Assembly: GCA_963806905.1 (NCBI GenBank)
Contig: CAWEAA010000008.1
Location: 588,336 to 652,335, forward strand
Length of the DNA: 64,000 bases
Reading direction: 5' to 3'
From: an uncultured Verrucomicrobiae bacterium
GTDB taxonomy: Bacteria > Verrucomicrobiota > Verrucomicrobiia > Limisphaerales > UBA11358
This document shows, piece by piece, positions 29,461 to 39,052 of this stretch. The notes below the pieces were generated by a model, which made no database searches, had not been told where the DNA came from, and was given only the letters and a program-made list of their open reading frames with translations. The stretch's first letter is position 1. Each line of letters begins with the position of its first letter. The position numbers and the translations under genes were made by a program.

Positions 29461-32072
29461 CCGGTTTTCGCTGGGTTTGTTGGTTCCGGCGACAGGGGAA
29501 TTTCCCGGGCAGGAACGTTCCAACCTTGCTCGAACACTTTTGGTGATTCGCCGGCCAGACTGGCTTCGGCAAATTCCAAAGTGACTTCGCGGGTTTCCCC
29601 GGGCAGGAGCGAGAAATAGTTGTCGCTGTAAAACACCGGCAGAACCCCGGCGCCGGAGCGGTTTCGCAAGACCTTCAGCCGGATCATCAGCGCCACGGTC
29701 GGGGTTGGGTTGGAAATCCGGATCCGGATTCGGCAGTTTTGGCCGTTGTCAAACCGGCTGGCGGTGGCCGGGAGTGTCACTTTAGGCAACTGGTTGAGGA
29801 CCGAACACGACTCGCCTTTTCCACTGCTCCAATAGAAATTGTCCGAAACAATTTCCGCGCCCCGTTTCAGAACCAGTTTCACAAAAAACACCTGCGTCGG
29901 GTCGGTTGGCCGTTCGAGGGAAAAACACTCTTTGACGCGCGTGCTGGCCAGGCCAATCCGTCTGGACTTGTGCCAGCGTTCCTCGCCATCGAGGCCGTAA
30001 ATCCAGGCTTCAGCGGTGAGGTCGTCGCAGTTGGTTATGGTGTCATTTACCGCTTCGATTGTGTCGGCGTTTGAATTCCAAAAGATATGCACGGGTTCGC
30101 AGGCTTTCTTGGCACCGAAATAGGCGGCCGTCGGTTCAAAATAATAATCGTAAAGCTGGCAGATCAGCGAGGGCCACGCCGGCTGCGTCATCCACACCAG
30201 AACGCCGCCGCCCTGGTTGGCTTGCAGACATTCGTACATGGCTTTGGCCGATTCCATGTTCACCATCTGCGCCTTGCGGCAGTAATCTTCAATGTCCGCG
30301 GGCTGGCCATACCGGTGTTCGATGCGTTCGGAGTAGAGCGGCATCCGGGGCGACTGATAGTCGTGGACCGCCCACATGTCGTTGATGGGCCAGAGATTTT
30401 CCGCGGGCATCATCGCGCGCATGCTTTCCACCACCGGCACGGCCACGATTCCCAGTTCCGAGTGGAACGTTTTTCCGCGATTTGCGAAATACCATTCGAC
30501 ATCCTTGAGTTCATACGGACCGTGGCCGGTGACGGTTCCGGCAGCCGAATTCGGGATATAAAGTCGCGAACCATCCAGCGCGGCCACGGCTTCCCGCATC
30601 CCGGCGTCAAGGTCCGCAGGCGGGTTGCCTTCATTGCGGCCGCAGTAGAGCGCCAGCGAGGCATGACTGCGCACCCGGCGAATCTTGTCGCGCACATTGG
30701 CCATGAACATCGCATGGTCGTCGGGGTCGGGGCCGTCCACCGGATTGGCCAGCCAGAAATCGTCCCAGACCAGAATGCCGTAACGGTCGCACGCGTCGTA
30801 GAATGCCTGGCGCCCGACCATGCCCACCCAGTTGCGGATCATGTTCAGATTGGCGTCGTGATGCAGCCGCACGCGAAGGTCATAACCGGCGCGGTCGCAG
30901 TTCAACATGCCTTCGTCCATACCCCAGTTGCCGCCACGGCAAAGGATGCGTTTGCCGTTCACAAACAACGTGAGAACGTTGTTGATTACTTTGTAATCAA
31001 TCTTGCGAATCCCGAAGGCAACCACTTGTTTGTCGCTGACCGCGCCGCGGCATTCGAAACGCAGATTGAGCGTGTAGAGCGGTTGGGCCCCGTAGCCATT
31101 CGGCCACCAAAGACGCGGATTGGGAAAAGTCAGCGCGGGACAATTGGATTTATCTAGCGTCACGTCCCGGGTCTCTCCGGGGTCAAGTGACACGGGCTGT
31201 TCAAAGGTCACATTGCCAATGGTGCCAACCAGCTTTCCGGACTGGGGTTGGGTCGAATGATTGCAAAGTTCGGTTCTCACGATGAGATCGGCGCGCGAAA
31301 TGTCCGGGAGCGGAATTTCCGGGGTCACCCACGGATCAACGATGGTGACATCGCCGGAAGTCTCCAGCCGGACGTTGTTCCAGATGCCAATGTTGCGCCC
31401 GCGTACAATCGGCAGCCAGTTCCAGCCGGCGCTGGCAACGAAAGTCGGACTGTCGGCGCCGAGGATATCGCCATTGACGGTGGGCGAGCCAAGTTTCTTG
31501 TGGGTTACCTTTTTCTCTCCGGGTCCGGGATGCGCCACCCGGTGAATCAACATCGCCAGGCAGTTCGAAACGCCGGGCCGGGCAATCTGGGTGACATCAA
31601 AGCGTCCGCGAATGAATGCGCCGTCAATGCATCCGACCACATGGCCGTTCAGAAAAACCTCCGCTTTCCAGTTGATACCATCAAAGTTCAGCCAGACGCG
31701 CTTGCCGGAATAATCGGCCGGGACCATGAACGTGTCGCGATACCAAAAATCGTTCCGCGAAAAAAACTTCTCCGATATCTGGCTCATTTGATCGCCGAAC
31801 CAGGGATCGGGCACGGCGCCGGCCGCCACATAACTGCCGAGGACCGTGCCGGGTACAACCGCCGGAAGCCATTCGCTGTCATCGAAGCCGGATTGAGCAA
31901 TGCGTTCCGGCGAGGTTTTGACGAACATCGCGTTCTGCAGTTTCCAATTGCCTCCCGAAAGCGCCAAAGAACCGTCGGATTGCAGGGAAGATTCAGCCGG
32001 CGGAGGACGGGTCTCAATTTCCGCCTTCGCCATGGGAAGTAACACGGCCAATCCTATGAGTGCGGGTGCCAC
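29442..32072 (-). CDS. Secreted GH2-family glycosidase (beta-mannosidase / exo-beta-glucosaminidase-like)
   Basis: 876 aa. GH2 sugar-binding/Ig/TIM order with WLNFDGINWKAEVFLNGHVVG, NMIRNWVGM...YDACDRYGILVWDDFW and CGRNEG (acid/base region). GTG start. Confidence 0.75.
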   Translation of the reverse strand: MAPALIGLAVLLPMAKAEIETRPPPAESSLQSDGSLALSGGNWKLQNAMFVKTSPERIAQSGFDDSEWLPAVVPGTVLGSYVAAGAVPDPWFGDQMSQISEKFFSRNDFWYRDTFMVPADYSGKRVWLNFDGINWKAEVFLNGHVVGCIDGAFIRGRFDVTQIARPGVSNCLAMLIHRVAHPGPGEKKVTHKKLGSPTVNGDILGADSPTFVASAGWNWLPIVRGRNIGIWNNVRLETSGDVTIVDPWVTPEIPLPDISRADLIVRTELCNHSTQPQSGKLVGTIGNVTFEQPVSLDPGETRDVTLDKSNCPALTFPNPRLWWPNGYGAQPLYTLNLRFECRGAVSDKQVVAFGIRKIDYKVINNVLTLFVNGKRILCRGGNWGMDEGMLNCDRAGYDLRVRLHHDANLNMIRNWVGMVGRQAFYDACDRYGILVWDDFWLANPVDGPDPDDHAMFMANVRDKIRRVRSHASLALYCGRNEGNPPADLDAGMREAVAALDGSRLYIPNSAAGTVTGHGPYELKDVEWYFANRGKTFHSELGIVAVPVVESMRAMMPAENLWPINDMWAVHDYQSPRMPLYSERIEHRYGQPADIEDYCRKAQMVNMESAKAMYECLQANQGGGVLVWMTQPAWPSLICQLYDYYFEPTAAYFGAKKACEPVHIFWNSNADTIEAVNDTITNCDDLTAEAWIYGLDGEERWHKSRRIGLASTRVKECFSLERPTDPTQVFFVKLVLKRGAEIVSDNFYWSSGKGESCSVLNQLPKVTLPATASRFDNGQNCRIRIRISNPTPTVALMIRLKVLRNRSGAGVLPVFYSDNYFSLLPGETREVTLEFAEASLAGESPKVFEQGWNVPAREIPLSPEPTNPAKTGHRISN

Positions 32073-32338
32073 GCTGTGAAAGTGAATCTAAGGGAATCCC
32101 GGTTTCGAAGACAACATTATCCTCCAGGCCGTTAAATCTCCGTTCGTTGACGCGACCCGGAGATAAATTGAAAACGAGGACATTCCACGGCATTGGCCCC
32201 GGCCTGCTGGGACGCAGTCAGTTCGTTCCGATAAAGGCCGACGCCAACCACGTTGAACCCGTGTCGAAACCTGTGGCAAAGGCTTGAACCGACATTTTAA
32301 ACGTGATATGATTTAATCTTCAACGAACGGGAAGCTCT

Positions 32339-33340
32339 ATGAGTGAATTCAATTTTTCATGCCCTGCTTGCGGCCAAAACATTTTGTGTGACACGACCCA
32401 TGTGGGGACTCAGATCGCCTGTCCGGGCTGCCATGCCACCATCGCTGTGCCAAAAGAAACTGCCGGGACCGCTGATGTTTCCATCCGGACGGGCCTCCCG
32501 CCGGCGTCGCCGGGCAACCTTGCAACCACCGCTCAACGGACTTCTGGTTTGGCCATCGCTTCGCTTGTCTGTTCCCTGTCATCATTGATCACGTGCGTGG
32601 GCTGGCTCCCGGGAATCATTTGCGGGCATCTGGCCAAAAACCGGATTCGCCGGAATCCATTGCTCAAAGGAAGTAATCTCGCCACGGCGGGCCTCATCAT
32701 CGGCTATTTGTTTTTGATGCTGGAAGTGGGCACCGCCGCAGTTCGCATATGGTCTTTTTCAGCCGCATTGAAACACGGTTACGAAAATGCCCGGCAAGAA
32801 CTGGCTACGAACAATATAATTGTCACACAAACTCAATCCACAACTGTTTCCAATGAGAACCAACCGGTGGAACCCGTCAAACCTGTGGCCGCGGCCACCA
32901 ACGAGCAGCAAACGGAACCCGCCACATCCGGGTGGACATCTGACATCAGCAAAATGTCGTTTCCCGACCATCCGGTCAGCGGGAAACTTCATGGAATTGA
33001 TTTCACACTCAAGACCGCATTGTTCAGAAATGGCGACCTTAAAATAAGTTCCGCAAACGGAATGTTCCTGGACATCTTTCGTCTGGGTGAATCCATTGAA
33101 GACCACAGTTATGAAATCCAGTCCGTTGACAGCGACAACACCAATCCGCACGTCAAGATGACTTGGAATGAAGGAGACGTGGTTCAGACCTCGACTTTTA
33201 ACAAAGGCTATGGAATGAAGCTGCAATTCGATCAAGCCATAAACCGGACGGTATCCGGGAAAATCTATTTGTGTTTTCCTGACGATTCAAAAAGCTGCGT
33301 CGCCGGCACATTTAAAGTGAGGCTTCCCAAACCGAAGTGA
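32339..33340 (+). CDS. Zinc-ribbon + DUF4190-like membrane protein with extracytoplasmic C-terminal domain
   Basis: N-terminal CPACG...CPGC ribbon. Two TM helices (LAIASLVCSLSSLITCVGWLPGIICG, ATAGLIIGYLFLMLEV). The C-terminal domain is unknown. Confidence 0.6.
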   Translation: MSEFNFSCPACGQNILCDTTHVGTQIACPGCHATIAVPKETAGTADVSIRTGLPPASPGNLATTAQRTSGLAIASLVCSLSSLITCVGWLPGIICGHLAKNRIRRNPLLKGSNLATAGLIIGYLFLMLEVGTAAVRIWSFSAALKHGYENARQELATNNIIVTQTQSTTVSNENQPVEPVKPVAAATNEQQTEPATSGWTSDISKMSFPDHPVSGKLHGIDFTLKTALFRNGDLKISSANGMFLDIFRLGESIEDHSYEIQSVDSDNTNPHVKMTWNEGDVVQTSTFNKGYGMKLQFDQAINRTVSGKIYLCFPDDSKSCVAGTFKVRLPKPK

Positions 33341-33432
33341 CAGCAAATCCATTACTCTTTTAAGGGCATCTCCCGCTCCCGCGAGCAAGGGACATCGTTC
33401 GAGGCGGAGCCGGGACTGGGGGCGTGTTGGCG

Positions 33433-33474
33433 GTTGAGAGTTGAGAGTTGGATGTTGAATGTTAAGAGTTGAGT
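33433..33474. repeat. Heptamer tandem array (GTTGAGA GTTGAGA GTTGGAT GTTGAAT GTTAAGA GTTGAGT)
   Basis: Six consecutive 7-nt units read directly, in the convergent intergenic region between 32339..33340 and the TPR gene. A related three-unit array in the opposite orientation lies at 60836-60860. Confidence 0.8.
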
Positions 33475-33545
33475 GCTGGAAACGGGCAGGATGCCTGTTC
33501 TACTTTTTGAGTCCGGCGCGAGGGAATGCTCGCCCCCCCCCGCCT

Positions 33546-34946
33546 TCACTGCCCGGCGTAAAATGCATCCACCTTGGCCGCGACGTCCTTGTAGCTGGCG
33601 TCCATTTCGTAGATCTGCTTGAACTGTTCGATGGCGTCGTCCTTTTTACCCATGCTTTCGAGCACGCAGCCGAGGTTGTAAACGAGGTCTTTCTTTTCGT
33701 CGTCGAACGCCAGTTTTTCCTTAATGGCGTTCTGCAGGGTACGCGCAGCGAGGTCGAACATTTTGCGTTTGGCAAAACTCTGCGCGAGGTAGCTCATGGC
33801 GGCGAGATGTTTGTGCGGGTTGTTCTGCGCCTTCTGAAATTCCGCAATCGCCCCGCTGAATTTGCCCGCCTGAAAATACAGCATGCCCATCTCAAACCGG
33901 ATCGCCAGGTCCGTGGGATACTTTTCGACGCGTTTCTGGCACTCGGTGATTTGGTAATCCACTTTTTCCGCCTGAATTTTTGCCGATTGTTCGGCGTAAT
34001 CCGGCGCGGCGGGGTCGAGCTGCTCCGCCTGATAATCAAACCGACGCACGACGGTTTCGGCGATGGCGCGTTCGAGTGACGGGTCGTTGCCCATCTCGGA
34101 ATTTCTGATGCGATCATAAAGTGCCAGCGCGTGGTCGAACTGTTTTTTTTGGGTGTAAAGCTCCGCGAGCGAGCGGACGAGCTTGAGATTTTTTGGCTCG
34201 GTTTCCAGGCGCGCTTCGTATTCGCCGATGAGCCGCTCGGCCACGTCCTCGGCCTTCACCACGCGCTTTTCCTGTTCGAGCGAAACGGCCTCCTGTTTGT
34301 TCTTCAAAATGTCGCGATAAGAACCCTGCCCGCCCTCCAGCGAGCTGTAACCGCCCTTGTCCATCGTTTTGCGCGCCGACAGGTTTTTCAACGCCTTCGA
34401 CAGTTCGCCGTCCCCGGGCCGCGCGCGCAGGAGTTCGCTCAGGATTTGTTCCCCGCGGCCGGCATCTCCGCCGCTGGCGGCGAGCGCGTCGGCAAATTGT
34501 ATTGCCAGGCCGGTGTCCCTGGGCGAATTTTTCAACAGGGTTTCGAGCGACAACACACCCGTGTGCGGCAGGTCCAAGGCCTGGGCCGCCTCGACAATGA
34601 TGTGGTGCGCGGCGGAACTGTTCGGGTCGCCGTTCAAAATCTGTTCGGCGATGGCCATGGCTTCGGCAGGATTTTTGCTCATCGCCATCTTGGCCTTGGC
34701 CTCTTGCGGTGAGGAGCCCGCGCGGTTCAGCATCCTTTTAAAAAATCCGCTGCCGCCATCGCCGGCTTTCCGGAATTGCGCCTCGCGCAATGCCTTGCGG
34801 CATTCAAACAAGCCCGGCTCTTTTTCCAGCACCTGATTGAACAGCGCGATGGCGTAATCAAGATTTTCCCGCTGCGCAGCTTCGTTGCCCTTGGCGAAAA
34901 GCACACGCAGGTCGCGCGAAATTTCGTTTATGCTTTTTTCTGCCAT
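33546..34946 (-). CDS. Tetratricopeptide-repeat (TPR) protein
   Basis: About 466 aa of repeated A-x-x-x-Y/F...A...P helical-hairpin motifs (DYAIALFNQVLEKEP, ALALYDRI, AGKFSGAIAEFQKA, DDAIEQFKQIYEMD). Confidence 0.75.
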   Translation of the reverse strand: MAEKSINEISRDLRVLFAKGNEAAQRENLDYAIALFNQVLEKEPGLFECRKALREAQFRKAGDGGSGFFKRMLNRAGSSPQEAKAKMAMSKNPAEAMAIAEQILNGDPNSSAAHHIIVEAAQALDLPHTGVLSLETLLKNSPRDTGLAIQFADALAASGGDAGRGEQILSELLRARPGDGELSKALKNLSARKTMDKGGYSSLEGGQGSYRDILKNKQEAVSLEQEKRVVKAEDVAERLIGEYEARLETEPKNLKLVRSLAELYTQKKQFDHALALYDRIRNSEMGNDPSLERAIAETVVRRFDYQAEQLDPAAPDYAEQSAKIQAEKVDYQITECQKRVEKYPTDLAIRFEMGMLYFQAGKFSGAIAEFQKAQNNPHKHLAAMSYLAQSFAKRKMFDLAARTLQNAIKEKLAFDDEKKDLVYNLGCVLESMGKKDDAIEQFKQIYEMDASYKDVAAKVDAFYAGQ

Positions 34947-35013
34947 AATGTCTGCTTGATTGAACCAGAATTGCACCTGGCACGCTAAAAATCAATCCCG
35001 AACGCCTTACGGA

Positions 35014-36093
35014 TCAGCCGCATTGTGCCCGGTGCCGCAACGCGTGGTCCACCAGCACCAGCGCGGTCATCGCCTCGACCATCGGCACGGCGCGCGGCAA
35101 CACGCAGGGATCATGGCGCCCGCGGCCCTTGAGCGTCGTGTTGTGAAATTGCGCGTCCACCGTGTCCTGCTTGTGCATGACGGTGGCGACGGGCTTGAAG
35201 GCGACCCGAAAGAAAATGGTCTGGCCGTTGGAAATGCCGCCTTGAATGCCGCCGGAAAAATTCGTGGTGGTGACCACCTTTCCGTGTTTCGCGCGGAACG
35301 GGTCGTTGTGCTCGCGCCCGGTGAGCGTGATGCCACCGAAGCCGGAGCCGATTTCAAACGCCTTCGACGCCGGCAGACTCAGCATCGCCTTGGCCAGGTC
35401 CGCTTCCAGCTTGTCGAACACTGGCTCGCCCCAGCCGGCGGGCACGCCGCGCGCGAGGCCTTCGACGATGCCGCCGACGGTGTCGCCCGCGCGCCGCATC
35501 TTCTCAATGAGCCGAATCATTTTGTCCGCAGCCTTTTTGTCGGGGCAGCGGACGATGTTCGACTCAACGTCCTTGAACTTCACCTTGTCCGGGTTCACGT
35601 CCGCGACGAGCCGCTGGACTTGTTTGACGTAAGCCAGGGTTTCAACGCCGAACCGTTCGCGCAGAATTTTTTTGGCGACGGCGCCGGCGGCGACACGTCC
35701 GACCGTTTCGCGCGCGCTCGCGCGGCCGCCGCCCTGCCAGTTGCGAATGCCGTATTTGGCGAAATACGTGAAGTCCGCATGCGACGGGCGGAACTTGGTT
35801 TTCATTTCCGCGTAGGCTTCGGGCCGGGCGTCCTCATTTTTGACCCACAGGCAAATCGGTGTGCCAAGCGTCCTGCCGCCGAACGTGCCGGAAAGGATTT
35901 GCACCGTGTCGGATTCCTTGCGCGGCGTGACGATGCGCGACTGACCCGGACGGCGGCGGTCCAAATCGGGCTGGATATCGGCCTCGGAAAGCTTGAGGCG
36001 CGGGGGGCAGCCGTCCACGACCACACCCACTCCCCCGCCGTGGGATTCGCCCCACGTCGTGATGCGGAACAGATGGCCGAAGGTGCTTGCCAT
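35014..36093 (-). CDS. aroC: Chorismate synthase
   Basis: 359 aa. [27 protein letters not shown], GRSSARETxxRV-like [17 protein letters not shown] and RHDPCV are all canonical. Confidence 0.96.
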   Translation of the reverse strand: MASTFGHLFRITTWGESHGGGVGVVVDGCPPRLKLSEADIQPDLDRRRPGQSRIVTPRKESDTVQILSGTFGGRTLGTPICLWVKNEDARPEAYAEMKTKFRPSHADFTYFAKYGIRNWQGGGRASARETVGRVAAGAVAKKILRERFGVETLAYVKQVQRLVADVNPDKVKFKDVESNIVRCPDKKAADKMIRLIEKMRRAGDTVGGIVEGLARGVPAGWGEPVFDKLEADLAKAMLSLPASKAFEIGSGFGGITLTGREHNDPFRAKHGKVVTTTNFSGGIQGGISNGQTIFFRVAFKPVATVMHKQDTVDAQFHNTTLKGRGRHDPCVLPRAVPMVEAMTALVLVDHALRHRAQCG

Positions 36094-36136
36094 GCTGGAA
36101 TAATGCTAAAAAGTCACGGCGGGGTCAAATCTGCTT

Positions 36137-36223
36137 CATCTTAATCTTGTGCTTAATCCTGCTCGTAATCACGATCCACACTGCGGGAGATTATGATTAT
36201 GATGACGATTAAGATTAAGATTG
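36137..36223. promoter_or_regulatory. Long imperfect palindrome of 6-nt-phased AT-rich repeats in the aroC / trpA divergent promoter region
   Basis: Right arm GATTAT GATTAT GATGAC GATTAA GATTAA GATTGG (36188-36223). The left arm (36137-36176) is its imperfect reverse complement (ATCTTAATCTT shared exactly, about 16/22 beyond a 6-nt indel). Centre near 36182. Confidence 0.45.
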
Positions 36224-36275
36224 GAGACAAATCCCGCTTGAAACTTGAATCTTCAAACCGGAAACTCAGGCGAGC

Positions 36276-37076
36276 ATGAATCGCATCGTAGAAAAATTTG
36301 CCCGACTCAAAAAAGCCGGACGGAAGGGTTTCATTGTCTATATCGGCGCGGGTGACCCGAACCTCGCCGCCACGCGCGAACTTGCCCTGGCCTTTGACCA
36401 AGCGGGCGTGGACATTTTGGAACTGGGCGTCCCGTTCAGCGACCCGCTGGCCGACGGCTTGGTGAACCAGCTCGCCGCGCAACGCGGATTGGAATCCGGC
36501 ACCACACCGCCCAAGGTTTTGGCAACCGTGGCCGCCATCCGCCGGCGCTCGGGAATTCCGATTATTCTCTACATTTACTTCAACCTGATTCACAAGGTCG
36601 GTTTGGAACGATTCATCAAAGCTGCGGCGGAAGCGGGTGTGGACGGTATGCTGGTGCTTGATTTGCCGCCGGAAGAATCGGACAACTACGAAACACTCAT
36701 GCGCCAGGCCGGTCTCTGCCACATCTACCTGGTCGCGCCGACGACGCCGGAAGACCGCATCGAACTCATCGTCAAACGCGGCAGCGGGTTCATTTACTAT
36801 GTTTCGCGTGAAGGCGTGACCGGGATGCAAGTGAGGGTCGCCTCGAACCTTGCGTCGCAGGTCGCCAAGATACGCGCGCACACGAAACTGCCCATCGCCG
36901 TCGGTTTCGGCATCTCAACGCCCGAACAGGCGAAAACAGTGGCGTCCGTCGCGGAAGCCGTTGTTGTCGGCAGCGCGGTGGTGAATCAAATCGCGCAGCA
37001 TGGCAAATCAAAGGATTTGGTCAAGCGCGTTGGCAAGTTTGTGAAATTACTGGCAGATGCGGTGAAAGTAATTTAG
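36276..37076 (+). CDS. trpA: Tryptophan synthase alpha chain
   Basis: 266 aa. GFIVYIGAGDP, ILELGVPFSDPLADG and YYVSREGVTG are canonical TrpA motifs. Confidence 0.95.
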   Translation: MNRIVEKFARLKKAGRKGFIVYIGAGDPNLAATRELALAFDQAGVDILELGVPFSDPLADGLVNQLAAQRGLESGTTPPKVLATVAAIRRRSGIPIILYIYFNLIHKVGLERFIKAAAEAGVDGMLVLDLPPEESDNYETLMRQAGLCHIYLVAPTTPEDRIELIVKRGSGFIYYVSREGVTGMQVRVASNLASQVAKIRAHTKLPIAVGFGISTPEQAKTVASVAEAVVVGSAVVNQIAQHGKSKDLVKRVGKFVKLLADAVKVI

Positions 37077-37077
37077 C

Positions 37078-37200
37078 AACCACGGATGAATATAAAACCC
37101 CTCTCTTGGCCTGCGGCCACCCTCTCCCCGCCGAGCGGGGAGAGGGACAGGGCGAGGGGTGCGTTAAAAATCTGTGTTTATCCGTGTCCATCCGTGGTTA
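37078..37200. repeat. Composite intergenic element: 11-bp terminal inverted repeats, central 10-bp GC hairpin and 3x10-nt phased repeat
   Basis: AACCACGGATG (37078-37088) and CATCCGTGGTT (37189-37199) are perfect inverted repeats. Hairpin CCCTCTCCCC-gccgagc-GGGGAGAGGG at 37120-37146. Decamers TCTGTGTTTA|TCCGTGTCCA|TCCGTGGTTA at 37171-37200. The element fills almost the whole trpA-to-next-gene spacer. Confidence 0.75.
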
Positions 37201-37207
37201 AAAATTT

Positions 37208-38344
37208 ATGAGTGCGAAAACTAAATCTGACACCAAAGACCGGTTCGTCATCATTATGGCGGGCGGGCGCGGCGAACGGTTCTGGCCGGTCAGCCGCGAG
37301 AAAATGCCCAAGCAACTGCTCACGCTGTTCGGCAACCGCTCGTTTTTGCAGGAGACCGTTGACCGTGTGCTGCCGCTCGTTCCGGCCAAAAACATTTTTG
37401 TCATCACGACTGAGGTGCAACTGCCGGAAGTCCGCAAACAGCTCCCTAAAATCCCCAAAGCCAATCTCATTGCCGAGCCGGTTGGCCGCGACACGTGCGC
37501 GGCGGTCACGCTCGGCGCGGCACTCGTTGGCGCGCGTTCGACGACCGGCGTCATGGCGGTTTTGCCTGCCGACCACGTGATTCCCGACGAGAAAAAGTTC
37601 CAGCAGGTTTTAAGCGACGCGTTCGATTTGGCCAGTCGTGGCCAGGCCATCATTACTATTGGCATCAAACCGGCCGGGCCAGACACGGGTTACGGTTACA
37701 TTCACGTCGGCCCGGAATTGCCACCGGCGCAAGGCGCGAAAAAGACCAAAACCACCTTTTATCGGGCGGAACGGTTTGTCGAGAAACCGCATTTTGATCG
37801 CGCGCTCGAATACGTCAACAGCGGCCAGTACCGCTGGAACGCCGGCATGTTTGTCTGGTCGTTTGTGACCGTCACGGAAGGATTGCAGAAGCATCAGCCG
37901 GAGATGTACGCGGCGTGCCAGCGCTGGTTCAAGGTGGCTAACCAGCCCGCCAAACTCGCCAGGGTGCTGGCGAAGGACTATCCCGGCATCAAAAAGGTTT
38001 CGATTGATTACGCGCTGATGGAGCAATCGCAGAACGTCATCGTGGCCGACGGGGCGTTTGAATGGGACGACATCGGCTCATGGACGGCGCTGGCGCGGCA
38101 TCTCAAGGCCGACCCGGAAGGGAACTGCGCCGTGGCGGATTTCATCCATGTGGACGGTGCGCGGAACATCATCTTCGACGCCCGCATCAAAAACCGCACG
38201 CCGATTGCGGTAGTCGGTTTGCGCGATTCGATTCTGGTGCAAACCGATGACGCGGTGTTGCTCGCGCATAAAAGCCAGGCGCAGAAGGTCAAGGAATTGG
38301 TCAGAAAACTGTCCGAGGACGCGAAGTTGAAGAAGCTCGTGTAG
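37208..38344 (+). CDS. Mannose-1-phosphate guanylyltransferase (short form, no isomerase domain)
   Basis: 378 aa. FVIIMAGGRGERFWPVSREKMPKQLL nucleotidyltransferase start, followed by DYGYI-type GYGYIHVG and a left-handed helix C-terminus. Confidence 0.85.
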   Translation: MSAKTKSDTKDRFVIIMAGGRGERFWPVSREKMPKQLLTLFGNRSFLQETVDRVLPLVPAKNIFVITTEVQLPEVRKQLPKIPKANLIAEPVGRDTCAAVTLGAALVGARSTTGVMAVLPADHVIPDEKKFQQVLSDAFDLASRGQAIITIGIKPAGPDTGYGYIHVGPELPPAQGAKKTKTTFYRAERFVEKPHFDRALEYVNSGQYRWNAGMFVWSFVTVTEGLQKHQPEMYAACQRWFKVANQPAKLARVLAKDYPGIKKVSIDYALMEQSQNVIVADGAFEWDDIGSWTALARHLKADPEGNCAVADFIHVDGARNIIFDARIKNRTPIAVVGLRDSILVQTDDAVLLAHKSQAQKVKELVRKLSEDAKLKKLV

Positions 38345-38462
38345 CCGCGTTTGTAAAAACGCGGTTGGAGCGCCCGTAGCCGCGCTTGCGAAAGCGCGGA
38401 AGGGATTAACGGATGGAAGAAATCCGCGTTTTGACAAACGCGGCTGCGATGAAAGCGGCTAC
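38341..38462. repeat. REP-like hairpin cluster upstream of the RAYT-like gene (two forward units + one inverted unit)
   Basis: GTAGCCGCGTTTgtaaAAACGCGG (38341-38364) and GTAGCCGCGCTTgcgaAAGCGCGG (38376-38399). The inverted unit CCGCGTTTtgacAAACGCGG...CTAC lies at 38424-38462. All units carry a GTAG/CTAC head next to an 8-bp stem. Confidence 0.8.
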
Positions 38463-38469
38463 GGTGAAA

Positions 38470-39048
38470 ATGGACAGGCTTATTGAACAGAAGGACAATT
38501 TACCACGGCTGTTTCGCCATCATTACCAAGGCCATGCGGTTGTCCTGTGGACGCTGACTTTGGAGCATCGTGCCACCGGCTGGTTGAACGAATCTTTTCA
38601 TGCCTGTTTTCGAGAACTTATGCTGCACGCGGCAGTTCGTGAGCAAGTTTGGTGTCCGACGTATTGTCTGATGCCCGATCACCTGCACCTCGTCTGGATG
38701 GGGATGCGACGTGAAAGTGACCAGCTCAATGCCATGAGATTCCTCCGTCGCCAATTGGCGCCCGTGCTCGAGCCACACAAGTTCCAACATCAGGCCCACG
38801 ACCATGTTCTGCGTGAGGAAGAGCACAAACGCGGCGCATTCGCGCGGGTTTGTTTCTATGTGCTGGCCAATCCGGTTCTCGCAAAGTTGGTGACTGAGGA
38901 CGGGGTCTGGCCGTTCAGCGGCGCGATGGTACCCGGTTATCCAGCGTTGCATCCCAGGCAGGAGGATTTCTGGGAGAAGTATTGGAAACTCTATGCGGCC
39001 GAATGGGAAAATGAACCGCCGGCGCCGTCGGTTCCGCCTTTGCATTGA
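38470..39048 (+). mobile_element. HUH/Y1 transposase-like protein (REP-associated tyrosine transposase, RAYT-like; COG1943-type)
   Basis: HUH motif in YCLMPDHLHLVW. C-terminal catalytic-Tyr helix FYVLANPVLAKLV followed by WPFSG. Flanked on both sides by GTAG-headed hairpins. The start was taken at MDRLIEQ because the ORF-track N-terminus is translated REP sequence. Confidence 0.7.
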
Positions 39049-39052
39049 AATG

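Noticed and set aside
33433-33474. Short tandem arrays considered as a CRISPR array
   Set aside because: Units are 6-7 nt with no spacers. There are no 25-40-nt repeats and no cas genes in the window.
38413-38469. ORF-track N-terminus (MEEIRVLTNAAAMKAATVK) of the RAYT-like gene
   Set aside because: This stretch is the translation of the REP hairpin sequences themselves. The internal ATG at 38470 directly follows the last REP and is the more plausible start.
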